From Escherichia phage vB_EcoM_OE5505: a stretch of DNA of 64,000 bases. Each line of letters opens with the position of its first letter. Within the stretch, counting starts at the first letter, position 1. The stretch is from the sequence record NC_054926.1, one strand, 5' to 3'. Shown here piece by piece: positions 39,260-49,636 of the stretch. The position numbers and the translations under genes were made by a program. The notes beneath the pieces are model-generated. The model was not told where the DNA came from and did no database searches. It worked only from the letters and a program-made list of their open reading frames with translations.

Positions 39260-40069
39260 ATGCTTAAAGAACAACTGATTGCTGAAGCGCAAAAAATTGA
39301 TGCTTCCGTTGCTCTTGATAGTATTTTCGAATCAGTTAATATTTCTCCGGAAGCAAAAGAAACTTTCGGCACTGTATTCGAAGCTACCGTCAAGCAGCAC
39401 GCCGTTAAATTAGCTGAATCTCATATCGCTAAAATTGCTGAAAAAGCAGAAGAAGAAGTAGAAAAAAATAAAGAAGAAGCAGAAGAAAAAGCTGAGAAGA
39501 AAATCGCTGAGCAAGCTTCTAAATTCATCGACCATCTTGCGAAAGAATGGCTCGCTGAAAATAAATTAGCAGTTGATAAAGGCATCAAAGCCGAACTGTT
39601 TGAATCCATGCTTGGTGGATTAAAAGAGCTCTTTGTTGAACACAACGTTGTTGTTCCAGAAGAATCAGTTGATGTTGTAGCTGAAATGGAAGAAGAGCTG
39701 CAAGAACATAAAGAAGAATCAGCTCGTCTGTTCGAAGAACTCAATAAGCGTGACGCATATATCAATTATGTGCAGCGTGAAGTGGCATTGAGCGAAAGTA
39801 CTAAAGATCTGACTGAGTCTCAAAAAGAAAAAGTCTCTGCTCTGGTCGAAGGTATGGATTATTCAGATGCATTCTCAAGTAAATTGAGTGCCATCGTAGA
39901 AATGGTGAAGAAGTCTAATAAAGATGAAAGCACTATTACTGAGAGTATAAATACTCCTGATACTGAAGCAGCCGGACTGAATTTCGTCACTGAAGCTGTA
40001 GAAGATAAAACTGCACCTGGTGCAGAAGATATTGTAAGTGTATATGCGAAAGTCGCATCTCGTTTCTAA
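39260..40069 (+). CDS. 22: Prohead scaffolding core protein gp22
   Basis: 269 aa, Glu/Lys/Ala-rich helical, order as T4. Confidence 0.93.
   Translation: MLKEQLIAEAQKIDASVALDSIFESVNISPEAKETFGTVFEATVKQHAVKLAESHIAKIAEKAEEEVEKNKEEAEEKAEKKIAEQASKFIDHLAKEWLAENKLAVDKGIKAELFESMLGGLKELFVEHNVVVPEESVDVVAEMEEELQEHKEESARLFEELNKRDAYINYVQREVALSESTKDLTESQKEKVSALVEGMDYSDAFSSKLSAIVEMVKKSNKDESTITESINTPDTEAAGLNFVTEAVEDKTAPGAEDIVSVYAKVASRF
39956..39963 (+). promoter_or_regulatory. Late promoter TATAAATA inside gene 22 (candidate gene 23 promoter)
   Basis: Exact TATAAATA about 125 nt upstream of gene 23 ATG. Confidence 0.5.
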
Positions 40070-40087
40070 TTTTAAAGGTTAACACAA

Positions 40088-41653
40088 ATGACTATCAAAA
40101 CTAAAGCTGAACTTTTGAACAAATGGAAGCCATTACTGGAAGGTGAAGGTTTACCGGAAATTGCTAATAGCAAACAAGCGATTATCGCTAAAATCTTTGA
40201 AAACCAGGAAAAAGATTTCCAGACAGCTCCAGAGTACAAAGACGAAAAAATCGCCCAGGCATTTGGTTCTTTCTTAACAGAAGCTGAAATCGGTGGTGAC
40301 CACGGTTACAACGCTACTAACATTGCTGCTGGTCAGACTTCTGGCGCAGTAACTCAGATTGGCCCAGCTGTTATGGGTATGGTACGTCGTGCTATTCCTA
40401 ACCTGATTGCTTTCGATATTTGCGGTGTTCAGCCGATGAATAGCCCGACTGGCCAGGTATTCGCACTGCGTGCAGTATATGGTAAAGACCCAATCGCTGC
40501 TGATGCTAAAGAAGCATTCCACCCAATGTATGGTCCAGATGCAATGTTCTCTGGTCAGGGTGCTGCTAAGAAATTCCCAGCTCTGGCTGCTAGCACACAA
40601 ACCAAAGTAGGTGATATCTATACTCACTTCTTCCAGGAAACTGGTACTGTATATCTGCAAGCTTCTGCTCAAGTAACAATTAGTTCTACTGCAGATGATG
40701 CAGCTAAATTAGATGCTGAAATTAAGAAACAAATGGAAGCTGGCGCATTGGTAGAAATCGCTGAAGGTATGGCTACTTCTATCGCTGAACTTCAGGAAGG
40801 TTTCAACGGTTCTACCGATAACCCATGGAATGAAATGGGCTTCCGTATCGATAAACAAGTTATCGAAGCTAAATCTCGTCAGCTGAAAGCTGCTTACTCT
40901 ATCGAATTAGCACAAGACCTCCGCGCTGTTCACGGTATGGATGCTGATGCTGAACTGTCTGGTATTCTGGCTACCGAAATCATGTTGGAAATCAACCGTG
41001 AAGTTGTTGATTGGATTAACTACTCAGCTCAGGTTGGTAAATCTGGTATGACCCTGACTCCGGGTTCTAAAGCTGGTGTATTTGACTTCCAGGATCCGAT
41101 TGATATTCGTGGTGCTCGCTGGGCGGGTGAATCCTTTAAAGCTCTGTTGTTCCAGATTGACAAAGAAGCAGTTGAAATTGCTCGTCAGACCGGTCGTGGT
41201 GAAGGTAACTTCATTATCGCTTCCCGTAACGTAGTTAACGTTCTGGCTTCAGTTGATACTGGCATTTCTTATGCTGCACAGGGTCTGGCTACCGGCTTTA
41301 ACACTGATACTACCAAGTCAGTATTTGCTGGTGTTCTGGGTGGTAAATACCGTGTATATATCGACCAGTATGCTAAACAGGATTATTTCACCGTAGGTTA
41401 TAAAGGTCCGAACGAAATGGATGCTGGTATTTACTATGCTCCATATGTAGCTCTGACTCCGCTGCGTGGTTCTGATCCGAAGAACTTCCAACCGGTAATG
41501 GGATTCAAAACTCGTTACGGTATCGGTATCAACCCATTTGCAGAATCCGCTGCTCAGGCTCCGGCTTCTCGCATCCAGAGCGGTATGCCTTCTATTCTGA
41601 ATAGCCTTGGTAAAAACGCTTACTTCCGCCGTGTATATGTTAAAGGTATCTAA
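40088..41653 (+). CDS. 23: Major capsid protein gp23
   Basis: 521 aa, length and order as T4; E. coli-like codon bias typical of highly expressed gene. Confidence 0.97.
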   Translation: MTIKTKAELLNKWKPLLEGEGLPEIANSKQAIIAKIFENQEKDFQTAPEYKDEKIAQAFGSFLTEAEIGGDHGYNATNIAAGQTSGAVTQIGPAVMGMVRRAIPNLIAFDICGVQPMNSPTGQVFALRAVYGKDPIAADAKEAFHPMYGPDAMFSGQGAAKKFPALAASTQTKVGDIYTHFFQETGTVYLQASAQVTISSTADDAAKLDAEIKKQMEAGALVEIAEGMATSIAELQEGFNGSTDNPWNEMGFRIDKQVIEAKSRQLKAAYSIELAQDLRAVHGMDADAELSGILATEIMLEINREVVDWINYSAQVGKSGMTLTPGSKAGVFDFQDPIDIRGARWAGESFKALLFQIDKEAVEIARQTGRGEGNFIIASRNVVNVLASVDTGISYAAQGLATGFNTDTTKSVFAGVLGGKYRVYIDQYAKQDYFTVGYKGPNEMDAGIYYAPYVALTPLRGSDPKNFQPVMGFKTRYGIGINPFAESAAQAPASRIQSGMPSILNSLGKNAYFRRVYVKGI

Positions 41654-41667
41654 TCTTTGACGATTTA

Positions 41668-41696
41668 AGGGACCTTCGGGTCCCTTTAGTTGTTTT
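41668..41696 (+). terminator. Rho-independent terminator after gene 23
   Basis: GGGACC-TTCG-GGTCCC hairpin followed by TTTAGTTGTTTTT. Confidence 0.65.
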
Positions 41697-41702
41697 TATG
41701 GT

Positions 41703-41710
41703 ATAAATAA
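41703..41710 (+). promoter_or_regulatory. Late promoter TATAAATA for gene 24
   Basis: Exact TATAAATA 26 nt upstream of gene 24 ATG. Confidence 0.6.
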
Positions 41711-41736
41711 ATCATATAAACTGAAAGGAAAGCGCA

Positions 41737-43020
41737 ATGGCTAAAATCAACGAACTTCTGCGCGAATCAACCACAACGAATAGCAACTCAATCGGTCGCC
41801 CAAATCTCGTTGCTTTGACTCGCGCTACCACTAAATTAATATATTCTGACATTGTAGCAACGCAAAGAACTAATCAACCTGTTGCTGCTTTTTATGGTAT
41901 CAAATACCTTAACCCGGATAACGAATTTACATTTAAAACTGGTGCTACTTACGCCGGCGAAGCTGGGTATGTAGACCGAGAACAAATCACAGAATTAACA
42001 GAAGAGTCTAAATTAACTCTCAATAAAGGCGATTTATTCAAATATAATAACATCGTTTATAAAGTATTAGAAGATACACCATTTGCTGATATTGAAGAAA
42101 GCGATTTAGAATTAGCTCTTCAGATTGCAATTGTTCTTTTAAAGGTTCGTCTATTTTCTGATGCTGCAGTAACAAGCAAATTTGAAAACTCTGATAGCGA
42201 AATTGCGGATGCTAGATTCCAGATTAATAAATGGCAAACCGCAGTTAAATCTCGTAAACTTAAAACTGGCATCACAGTCGAATTAGCACAAGATTTAGAA
42301 GCAAATGGATTTGATGCTCCTAATTTCTTGGAAGATTTGCTTGCAACTGAAATGGCGGATGAAATCAATAAAGATATTCTACAGTCTTTGATTACAGTAT
42401 CAAAACGCTATAAAGTTACAGGAATTACTGATACTGGATTCATTGATTTGAGTTATGCATCTGCACCTGAAGCTGGTCGTTCATTATACCGAATGGTGTG
42501 TGAAATGGTTTCACATATCCAAAAAGAATCAACTTATACAGCAACGTTCTGTGTTGCTTCAGCTCGTGCCGCTGCGATTCTTGCTGCATCAGGTTGGTTA
42601 AAACATAAACCAGAAGATGACAAATATCTTTCACAAAATGCCTACGGGTTCTTAGCTAATGGTTTACCGCTTTATTGCGATACCAACAGTCCATTAGATT
42701 ATGTAATCGTTGGTGTAGTAGAAAATATTGGTGAAAAAGAAATTGTTGGATCAATTTTCTATGCCCCGTATACAGAAGGTCTTGACTTAGATGACCCTGA
42801 ACATGTAGGTGCATTTAAAGTTGTAGTTGATCCAGAAAGTTTGCAGCCATCTATCGGTTTATTAGTTAGATATGCTTTATCTGCAAATCCTTACACTGTA
42901 GCAAAAAATGAAAAAGAAGCAAGAGTAATTGATGGTGGAGACATGGATAAAATGGCGGGTCGTTCAGATTTGTCTGTTTTATTAGGTGTTAAGCTACCAA
43001 AAATTATCATTGATGAATAA
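41737..43020 (+). CDS. 24: Capsid vertex protein gp24
   Basis: 427 aa, length and order as T4; no segD ORF between 23 and 24. Confidence 0.95.
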   Translation: MAKINELLRESTTTNSNSIGRPNLVALTRATTKLIYSDIVATQRTNQPVAAFYGIKYLNPDNEFTFKTGATYAGEAGYVDREQITELTEESKLTLNKGDLFKYNNIVYKVLEDTPFADIEESDLELALQIAIVLLKVRLFSDAAVTSKFENSDSEIADARFQINKWQTAVKSRKLKTGITVELAQDLEANGFDAPNFLEDLLATEMADEINKDILQSLITVSKRYKVTGITDTGFIDLSYASAPEAGRSLYRMVCEMVSHIQKESTYTATFCVASARAAAILAASGWLKHKPEDDKYLSQNAYGFLANGLPLYCDTNSPLDYVIVGVVENIGEKEIVGSIFYAPYTEGLDLDDPEHVGAFKVVVDPESLQPSIGLLVRYALSANPYTVAKNEKEARVIDGGDMDKMAGRSDLSVLLGVKLPKIIIDE

Positions 43021-43023
43021 AAC

Positions 43024-43049
43024 AAAGGGACCGAAAGGTCCCCCTTTTT
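43024..43049. terminator. Bidirectional terminator between gene 24 and rnlB
   Basis: GGGACC-GAAA-GGTCCC hairpin flanked by A-run and T-run. Confidence 0.65.
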
Positions 43050-43051
43050 AT

Positions 43052-44056
43052 TTAACTTACCAATTCAATCCAAGCCGGACGAAGTACATCTTGTACCATT
43101 TTAACTAATTCCTTCTTAATCAAAGAAGGATTATCCGCTTGAGTTAGAGTAATACCTTCACGAGAAGTTTCTTCCAAAATATCTTGAACCGTTAGTCCCA
43201 TCACCTTTCCAAAATCTTTTGGACCAATTTCACCAATTTTAGAAATAACGTTATTTACTCGGTTCAGTGTAACGTAACAAGCTAAAATTCCAACCAATTT
43301 GTTATCAGCTTCTGACAACTCAACTTTAGCTTTAATAGGCTTATCAGACTTTTTCTTTTCACTAAATTTAGAGTTCTTGCATTTGATAGCTACGCGATTG
43401 CCATTAGGCATCCAAGAAGGATAACAAGGTTTCAATACATATCCTTCAGCGGTAAATACTTCGCCTTTTACTTCAGCATTCCAAACGCATTTATTTGCAT
43501 CAACTAATCCAGCATGGTCTACCGTAAAATTATAATCCTGGACGACAGAATCTAAATCATTTGGCAATTTAATAAGTTCTTCAAATTTACCGCGACCTAA
43601 AAGTGGAGCCATTTTAAATTTAAATGTATTGCAGAATGATTCCATCATATAATCATCGACATAAGTCACATCACCACTTTCTGTAGTAACAATAATGTCA
43701 AATACATAAAAATCTTTATCGCCATAATCGACATTCTTCTGAATGCCAGGTCCGGCGAATTCACCGAAGACTTGATAAGATACAACCGCTGAAGTTTCCA
43801 TAATATCTTGTACTGCTTTAATGGAATCAGCGTAATTCTTCAAAATAATTTCATACCCAAAGAAATCTTCAGCAGGAAGAATAGGACCAGTGCGTTTAGC
43901 ACAAGTTACTTTATCACGCTCAATAATTAATGAGAAATTTGTGCCATGAATCTTTTCACGAGCTACCCATTCGCCACCAGTCAATCCTAAACTATAAAGT
44001 TTTTCAATGAATTTAGAATTGTAATGATTTTCAAGACTGCTATACTTTTTAAACAT
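43052..44056 (-). CDS. rnlB: RNA ligase 2
   Basis: 334 aa; nucleotidyltransferase lysine motif KIHGTN; position as T4 rnlB (24.1). Confidence 0.92.
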   Translation of the reverse strand: MFKKYSSLENHYNSKFIEKLYSLGLTGGEWVAREKIHGTNFSLIIERDKVTCAKRTGPILPAEDFFGYEIILKNYADSIKAVQDIMETSAVVSYQVFGEFAGPGIQKNVDYGDKDFYVFDIIVTTESGDVTYVDDYMMESFCNTFKFKMAPLLGRGKFEELIKLPNDLDSVVQDYNFTVDHAGLVDANKCVWNAEVKGEVFTAEGYVLKPCYPSWMPNGNRVAIKCKNSKFSEKKKSDKPIKAKVELSEADNKLVGILACYVTLNRVNNVISKIGEIGPKDFGKVMGLTVQDILEETSREGITLTQADNPSLIKKELVKMVQDVLRPAWIELVS

Positions 44057-44065
44057 AATTAATCC

Positions 44066-44344
44066 TCAAAATGTAATTTCTAACCAATCACCATCACGCT
44101 GATCACTATTGACTTTAAAGCTAAATCCTTCTTTTCTCAGCCAATCACCAATTTCTTCAGTAATCAATTTATCGCGAGCAGTACAATAATAACTAAAATA
44201 TGTTTTACCTTGTTCAGCTGCTTTATTAGCAAGTTCCGAAAAATCTTTAATAAAACACTCTAGCTTAAACTGTTTACTTTTAAGTGCTTTTTCGCGTAAT
44301 CGATTAGCAAAAGATTCATTTTCATAAAGATCATACTGTTCCAT
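44066..44344 (-). CDS. 24.2: Hypothetical protein 24.2
   Basis: 92 aa ORF between rnlB and 24.3. Confidence 0.75.
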   Translation of the reverse strand: MEQYDLYENESFANRLREKALKSKQFKLECFIKDFSELANKAAEQGKTYFSYYCTARDKLITEEIGDWLRKEGFSFKVNSDQRDGDWLEITF

Positions 44345-44347
44345 TTT

Positions 44348-44545
44348 TCACCTTTTATTAATATGTCTTTTTCTATAGACAACTTTTTCTCGAGTTTCAA
44401 ATTTATTCTTAGCAGTCATAGCTCGAGCCCATAATACAGCCACTTCTTTCGCCTGTAAGTTTAATTCACGAGCAATTTCAATGAATGACTTTCCAGACTC
44501 ATGAAGAGTAAACACCACAACCTCAGTTCTCATAATCAATCTCAT
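44348..44545 (-). CDS. 24.3: Hypothetical protein 24.3
   Basis: 65 aa ORF, basic. Confidence 0.7.
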   Translation of the reverse strand: MRLIMRTEVVVFTLHESGKSFIEIARELNLQAKEVAVLWARAMTAKNKFETREKVVYRKRHINKR

Positions 44546-44640
44546 GTTATCGAGTTGATGCCATTATATACATCATTTTCTGAGTATGTTTTGTGTGCTT
44601 TCAAAATGAAGAAAGGGGCCGAAGCCCCTTATGATTATGA

Positions 44641-45777
44641 TTATGGATAGGTATAGATGATACCAGTTTCTAAAGCAGTTTTATGAATGATGTATCCATT
44701 GCGTGATTCTTGAACATCAACTTCTGGATAGTCTTTCATCATCTTCTGAAGAGTGTAACGATGCAGGTAGTATTTACTGTCTGGATCTTCAGTTTTCCAA
44801 TCTTTACCTTCTTCGGTCATTTTTTGGATTTCATCCATAACCCACCAACCGCACCAGATATAAGCTGAAGTACGATGTGGAAGAGGATGAACATAAGGCA
44901 ATTCACCTTCTGGTTCCGGAGCAACTTTATCAGTTACCTGAACTTGGCCTGTTGCTTTAACTGTTTTACTATCATAGTCGGTTGCTGTAACGACAGCAGT
45001 AACTTCAATAGTTTGACTTCCAATAGATGAGGTGTCAATGGTGTATACGTTAGTTGACCCTTCTACAGGAGAAGAATCTTTCTTCCATGAATAAGTAATT
45101 TATGCTGCTTCAGGTGCTCCAGTAACATTAGCCGTAAATGTAGCCGAAGCATCTTGCTGAACGTTAATAGAAGGAGGAGTCAATGTAACCTGTGGATTCA
45201 TTGTCTTCTTATTAACTGTCAATGATACTTCATTAGAAGTAACTTCCTTTTCATTGTAATTTTCTGCAGTTACTTGCGCTACACATTTAATTCTTTTTAC
45301 TCCACTTGTAGTTGGAGTATAGTTAAATGTAGAGTTAGTTTCTCCACCAATTTGAGAATCATCTACATACCACTTATATGTAGCAGACGCTCCATCAGGT
45401 TGAGAAGCTAAGGCAGCAGTAAATTGAACTGGAGTTCCGATTACTCCTTCCGAAGGACTATCAGGAGTTACTGTTATTGTAGTAGTCTGTGTCTTATTTT
45501 GAACTGTGATAGTTGTCGTAGTTTCTGCTGTTTCAGGTTCAGCTTCAGATTCTGGAACTGTATTTGTTGCAACCACCTTAATAGTCTTTTGACCTGCAGG
45601 TCCTTTTAGTACATAGCTAAAAGTTGCTTCAGCTCCATCCTGTGGAACATTATCTACACTCCAAGCATAGGTAATAGTTCCACCTTCAGTTTGACCACTG
45701 GGTGCAGCAGTAAACTGCTTGGTTTCATCAATAACTCCTGTTGGGGTTTTAGGAGTTATATCAACTGTAAAAGTCAT
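44641..45777 (-). pseudogene. hoc: hoc (highly immunogenic outer capsid protein) with in-frame premature ochre stop at 45100-45102
   Basis: 225 codons of Ig-like domains, TAA, then 152 further in-frame codons ending ...IIHKTALETGIIYTYP. Confidence 0.85.
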
Positions 45778-45786
45778 AAGTTATCC

Positions 45787-46467
45787 TTATTTTAATGTTA
45801 CGAAAGAAGAATTGCGTGTTTCACGAATTAGAACTGATCCATCACGATTAATGTAGTAAATTAAGCTAAATAACGTTTGGTGCGCCGACGCGTGTTCAAA
45901 ACTAGTTGGGTGAGATTTCCAATCCGGAGTTTCAGCAATCCATTGATAAATCCACCAAGGAACAGTACAGAATCCTGGATTTTTTCCAATCAGCTGAAGA
46001 TTCGGACTAAAGTTTTCCGGAAGAGTAAATACAGACGGCTTTTCAAATTCAATAATCTCAGCTACAGCCTGTTCGAATTTTTCTTCAACAAAAGGAGTAT
46101 CTTCAATCAAAACATCAGTATTTTCAGGAATTTTATCCGTTTCTACTACTTCAATTTTAATGTCAGATTTAACCGGAGAATCAATCAGAAGTGCTGCCTC
46201 TGGATTGACTTCTTCATCGTCATATTTTAATCCGTCTGCGGCATCAGCAGCATCGATTAAGTCTTTAATAGATAACCCATCAGTCTCTGGCATAGGTTCA
46301 CTAGCGAGCTTCTGGAGGGCTTCTTCAATATCATTAACGATATTATCAAAAGATTTATTCTTTTTGACCTTTATACCAAACTGTTCAGCATATTCAGCTA
46401 ATTTAGCTTTAGCTTCTTTATTATCATCAAGAGCCTTCAGCTCTGCAATATAATCTTTATCTATCAT
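45787..46467 (-). CDS. inh: Inhibitor of prohead protease
   Basis: 226 aa, length and position as T4 inh. Confidence 0.9.
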   Translation of the reverse strand: MIDKDYIAELKALDDNKEAKAKLAEYAEQFGIKVKKNKSFDNIVNDIEEALQKLASEPMPETDGLSIKDLIDAADAADGLKYDDEEVNPEAALLIDSPVKSDIKIEVVETDKIPENTDVLIEDTPFVEEKFEQAVAEIIEFEKPSVFTLPENFSPNLQLIGKNPGFCTVPWWIYQWIAETPDWKSHPTSFEHASAHQTLFSLIYYINRDGSVLIRETRNSSFVTLK

Positions 46468-46480
46468 AATATTTCCTCAG

Positions 46481-46488
46481 TATAAATA
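46481..46488 (+). promoter_or_regulatory. TATAAATA box upstream of uvsW
   Basis: Exact TATAAATA 30 nt upstream of uvsW ATG. Confidence 0.5.
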
Positions 46489-46517
46489 TAGATATATTTA
46501 TTACATGGTATTTAGAC

Positions 46518-48029
46518 ATGACTGACATTAAAGTACATTTTTATGATTTTAGTCACGTGAGAATTGATTGTGAAGAAAGTACATTTCATGAACTCCGTGA
46601 TTTCTTTAGCTTTGAAGCTGATGGGTATCGTTTTAATCCGAAGTACAAATATGGTCACTGGGATGGACGAATTCGTCTTTTAGATTATAATCGCCTTCTT
46701 CCATTCGGTTTAGTCGGGCAAATTAAAAAGTTCTGTGATAACTTTGGCTATAAAGCCTGGATTGACCCGCAAATTAACGAAAAAGAAGAATTATCAAGAA
46801 AAGATTTTGATGAATGGCTTTCTAAATTAGAAATCTATTCAGGAAATAAAAGAATTGAACCGCATTGGTATCAAAAAGATGCAGTGTTCGAAGGATTAGT
46901 TAATCGTCGTAGAATTCTTAATCTTCCAACATCCGCAGGTAAATCTTTAATTCAAGCTTTGCTTGCTCGGTATTATTTGGAAAATTATGAAGGCAAAATT
47001 CTTATTATTGTTCCAACAACTGCTCTGACAACTCAGATGGCTGATGACTTTGTTGACTATCGTTTATTCAGTCATGCAATGATAAAGAAAATCGGTGGTG
47101 GAGCATCAAAAGATGATAAATATAAAAATGATGCACCGGTCGTTGTTGGTACATGGCAAACTGTAGTAAAACAACCGAAAGAATGGTTCTCACAGTTTGG
47201 AATGATGATGAATGATGAATGTCATCTTGCTACAGGAAAAAGTATTTCATCTATCATATCAGGTTTAAATAACTGCATGTTCAAATTCGGTTTGTCTGGT
47301 TCATTACGTGATGGCAAAGCCAATATCATGCAGTATGTTGGAATGTTCGGTGAAATATTTAAGCCAGTAACGACCTCTAAATTAATGGAAGATGGACAAG
47401 TAACTGAGTTAAAAATTAATAGTATTTTTCTTCGCTATCCCGATGAGTTCACTACTAAATTAAAGGGAAAAACTTACCAAGAAGAAATAAAAATTATTAC
47501 TGGGCTTAGTAAAAGAAATAAATGGATCGCTAAATTAGCTATTAAGCTTGCACAAAAAGATGAAAACGCTTTTGTCATGTTTAAACACGTATCGCACGGT
47601 AAAGCTATTTTCGATTTAATTAAAAATGAATACGATAAAGTTTATTACGTATCAGGGGAAGTTGATACCGAAACCCGCAATATAATGAAAACCTTAGCTG
47701 AAAACGGTAAAGGAATAATTATAGTAGCTAGTTATGGTGTATTTTCTACTGGTATTTCAGTTAAAAATCTGCATCACGTTGTTTTAGCACACGGTGTTAA
47801 ATCTAAAATTATTGTATTGCAAACAATAGGTCGCGTATTACGTAAACATGGTTCTAAAACAATCGCAACAGTCTGGGACCTCATAGATGATTGTGGTGTT
47901 AAGCCAAAATCTGCTAATACGAAAAAGAAATACGTTCATTTGAACTATCTTTTAAAACACGGCATTGATCGTATTCAGCGCTACGCAGATGAAAAATTTA
48001 ATTACGTAATGAAAACAGTTAATTTATAA
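46518..48029 (+). CDS. uvsW: UvsW DNA/RNA helicase
   Basis: 503 aa; Walker A PTSAGKS, DECH box MMNDECHLA. Confidence 0.95.
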   Translation: MTDIKVHFYDFSHVRIDCEESTFHELRDFFSFEADGYRFNPKYKYGHWDGRIRLLDYNRLLPFGLVGQIKKFCDNFGYKAWIDPQINEKEELSRKDFDEWLSKLEIYSGNKRIEPHWYQKDAVFEGLVNRRRILNLPTSAGKSLIQALLARYYLENYEGKILIIVPTTALTTQMADDFVDYRLFSHAMIKKIGGGASKDDKYKNDAPVVVGTWQTVVKQPKEWFSQFGMMMNDECHLATGKSISSIISGLNNCMFKFGLSGSLRDGKANIMQYVGMFGEIFKPVTTSKLMEDGQVTELKINSIFLRYPDEFTTKLKGKTYQEEIKIITGLSKRNKWIAKLAIKLAQKDENAFVMFKHVSHGKAIFDLIKNEYDKVYYVSGEVDTETRNIMKTLAENGKGIIIVASYGVFSTGISVKNLHHVVLAHGVKSKIIVLQTIGRVLRKHGSKTIATVWDLIDDCGVKPKSANTKKKYVHLNYLLKHGIDRIQRYADEKFNYVMKTVNL

Positions 48030-48042
48030 GGGCTTCGGCCCT

Positions 48043-48285
48043 TTGGAGAAAAAGATGTTACTAGAATTTAAACAATTTCTTTATGAAGCTTCTATTGATG
48101 AATTTATGGGTAAAATTGCCTCTTGTCAAACAATAGAAGGTCTAGAAGAACTTGAAGCTTATTATAAGAAAAGAGTTAAAGAAACTGAATTAAAAGATAC
48201 TGATGACATCTCAGTCAGAGATGCTTTGGCAGGAAAAAGAGCTGAATTAGAAGATTCAGACGATGAAGTAGAAGAAAGCTTTTAA
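48043..48285 (+). CDS. uvsW.1: UvsW.1
   Basis: 80 aa acidic ORF immediately after uvsW. Confidence 0.85.
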   Translation: MEKKMLLEFKQFLYEASIDEFMGKIASCQTIEGLEELEAYYKKRVKETELKDTDDISVRDALAGKRAELEDSDDEVEESF

Positions 48286-48340
48286 ATTAAAAAAGGCCCA
48301 ACCAAAAAGGAAGGGCCAAAACTATAGACTAAAGGTCACA

Positions 48341-48508
48341 CTATAGCAAAAGTTGTGTTTCATTTAATTGTTCTTCCGAACTTTCTGAAACTGGTAGTTC
48401 TTTAATGTAATTATAACAAGGCCCAGGATGTACAGGACCTTTGTCTGTTTCAACAACCAATGCAGAATCGATTGGAGTTTTACAGACAACGCAAATCTTA
48501 TCTGACAT
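48341..48508 (-). CDS. Small Cys-rich protein (uvsY-upstream small ORF), not in ORF track
   Basis: 55 aa, MSDKICVVCKTPID...HPGPCYNY; RBS GGAGACAATC before ATG; translated by hand. Confidence 0.55.
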   Translation of the reverse strand: MSDKICVVCKTPIDSALVVETDKGPVHPGPCYNYIKELPVSESSEEQLNETQLLL

Positions 48509-48536
48509 GATTGTCTCCTCTAAATTATATATCTAT

Positions 48537-48761
48537 TTATATAACTCTCATATGCATATCAATGCCCATATCTTTAGAATAAAAATATTCATCAAGATAT
48601 CCGGCAAATTTTCCTTTAATATAAAGAACATCTTCACCGCACGGGTGGTCGGCCAGGATACGAATATCCTGACGCTTAAGATTATGCTTTTTCATTAAGA
48701 ATTGAATTTCCGTTTCGAATTCTTCTTCATAATTAAAAGCATCATCAATGCTATATTTCAT
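48537..48761 (-). CDS. Hypothetical protein adjacent to uvsY
   Basis: 74 aa ORF, start overlaps uvsY stop. Confidence 0.7.
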   Translation of the reverse strand: MKYSIDDAFNYEEEFETEIQFLMKKHNLKRQDIRILADHPCGEDVLYIKGKFAGYLDEYFYSKDMGIDMHMRVI

Positions 48762-49174
48762 TATTTTCCAGCCTCAAATGCTCGCATGTCTTGAATATGC
48801 TTAATAGCAAATCCGCGTGATTTAATAGCATCAAGAGCTCCGCTACAGAAATCCAATAAAATTCCCCAATATTGCAATGAAGTATCAACTTTTAAAACAT
48901 CCTTATCAGCTGATAGAACTGTCTTCATTTCTGATTTCTCATAACGGTCCATACTAAATTCATCACCATCTCCTCGTCCCGAGTAGTAGTCTAATTTAGC
49001 TTTAAGAGCAACTTTTTTCTGTGCTTCAATTCTAAGCATTTCCTTTTTAATACTTGAATGCTTATTAAGCCATTTACTATATAACATCACATTATTAGCT
49101 GCTTCATACTGTAATTTAGTCGAATCTATAAACACATCTTTCTTCAATTCTTCTTGAAGATCTTCTAATCTCAT
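48761..49174 (-). CDS. uvsY: UvsY recombination mediator
   Basis: 137 aa, length and position as T4 UvsY. Confidence 0.93.
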   Translation of the reverse strand: MRLEDLQEELKKDVFIDSTKLQYEAANNVMLYSKWLNKHSSIKKEMLRIEAQKKVALKAKLDYYSGRGDGDEFSMDRYEKSEMKTVLSADKDVLKVDTSLQYWGILLDFCSGALDAIKSRGFAIKHIQDMRAFEAGK

Positions 49175-49240
49175 ATTGTTCTCTATTCAATTGTTATTGG
49201 ATGGACTTAGATTCATTATACCACGTTTATACGTGAAGCA

Positions 49241-49636
49241 TTATACTCTGTTACTGGAAGCCAGTTGTAGTTTTATCTGCTCAATATCATCAGGGTTATC
49301 GATGACTGAAAAGCGTATTTCTACTATCAGAGTATAATCATCATAAACCGGTATTACATTAACTGCTAATTTATCAATACGTGGCTCGTAGTTTCTTACT
49401 GCGCTTTCAATGTTACGCTCAACGGTATCAGCAGTAAGAGGAGTCATATTCTCAAAAAGCTGATCAGATAAATCGCATCCAAATTCAGGGTCAAACGGTC
49501 TTGAACCTTTTCTTGTTGTAATAATTCCTAAAAGACTATTTTTAATTGACCTTAATCCAAGTGATCTTGAAACGTCTTTGTTCCAATCCATTTTCATCTC
49601 TGGGTCAATATCAGAATAAAGCTTATTAATTGCCAT
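49241..49636 (-). CDS. 25: Baseplate wedge protein gp25
   Basis: 131 aa, position as T4 gp25. Confidence 0.92.
   Translation of the reverse strand: MAINKLYSDIDPEMKMDWNKDVSRSLGLRSIKNSLLGIITTRKGSRPFDPEFGCDLSDQLFENMTPLTADTVERNIESAVRNYEPRIDKLAVNVIPVYDDYTLIVEIRFSVIDNPDDIEQIKLQLASSNRV

Noticed and set aside
39421-40672. Minus-strand ORFs inside genes 22 and 23 (39421-39765, 40274-40672)
   Set aside because: Antisense to highly expressed, well-supported structural genes; Ser/Cys-rich low-complexity translations typical of antisense frames.
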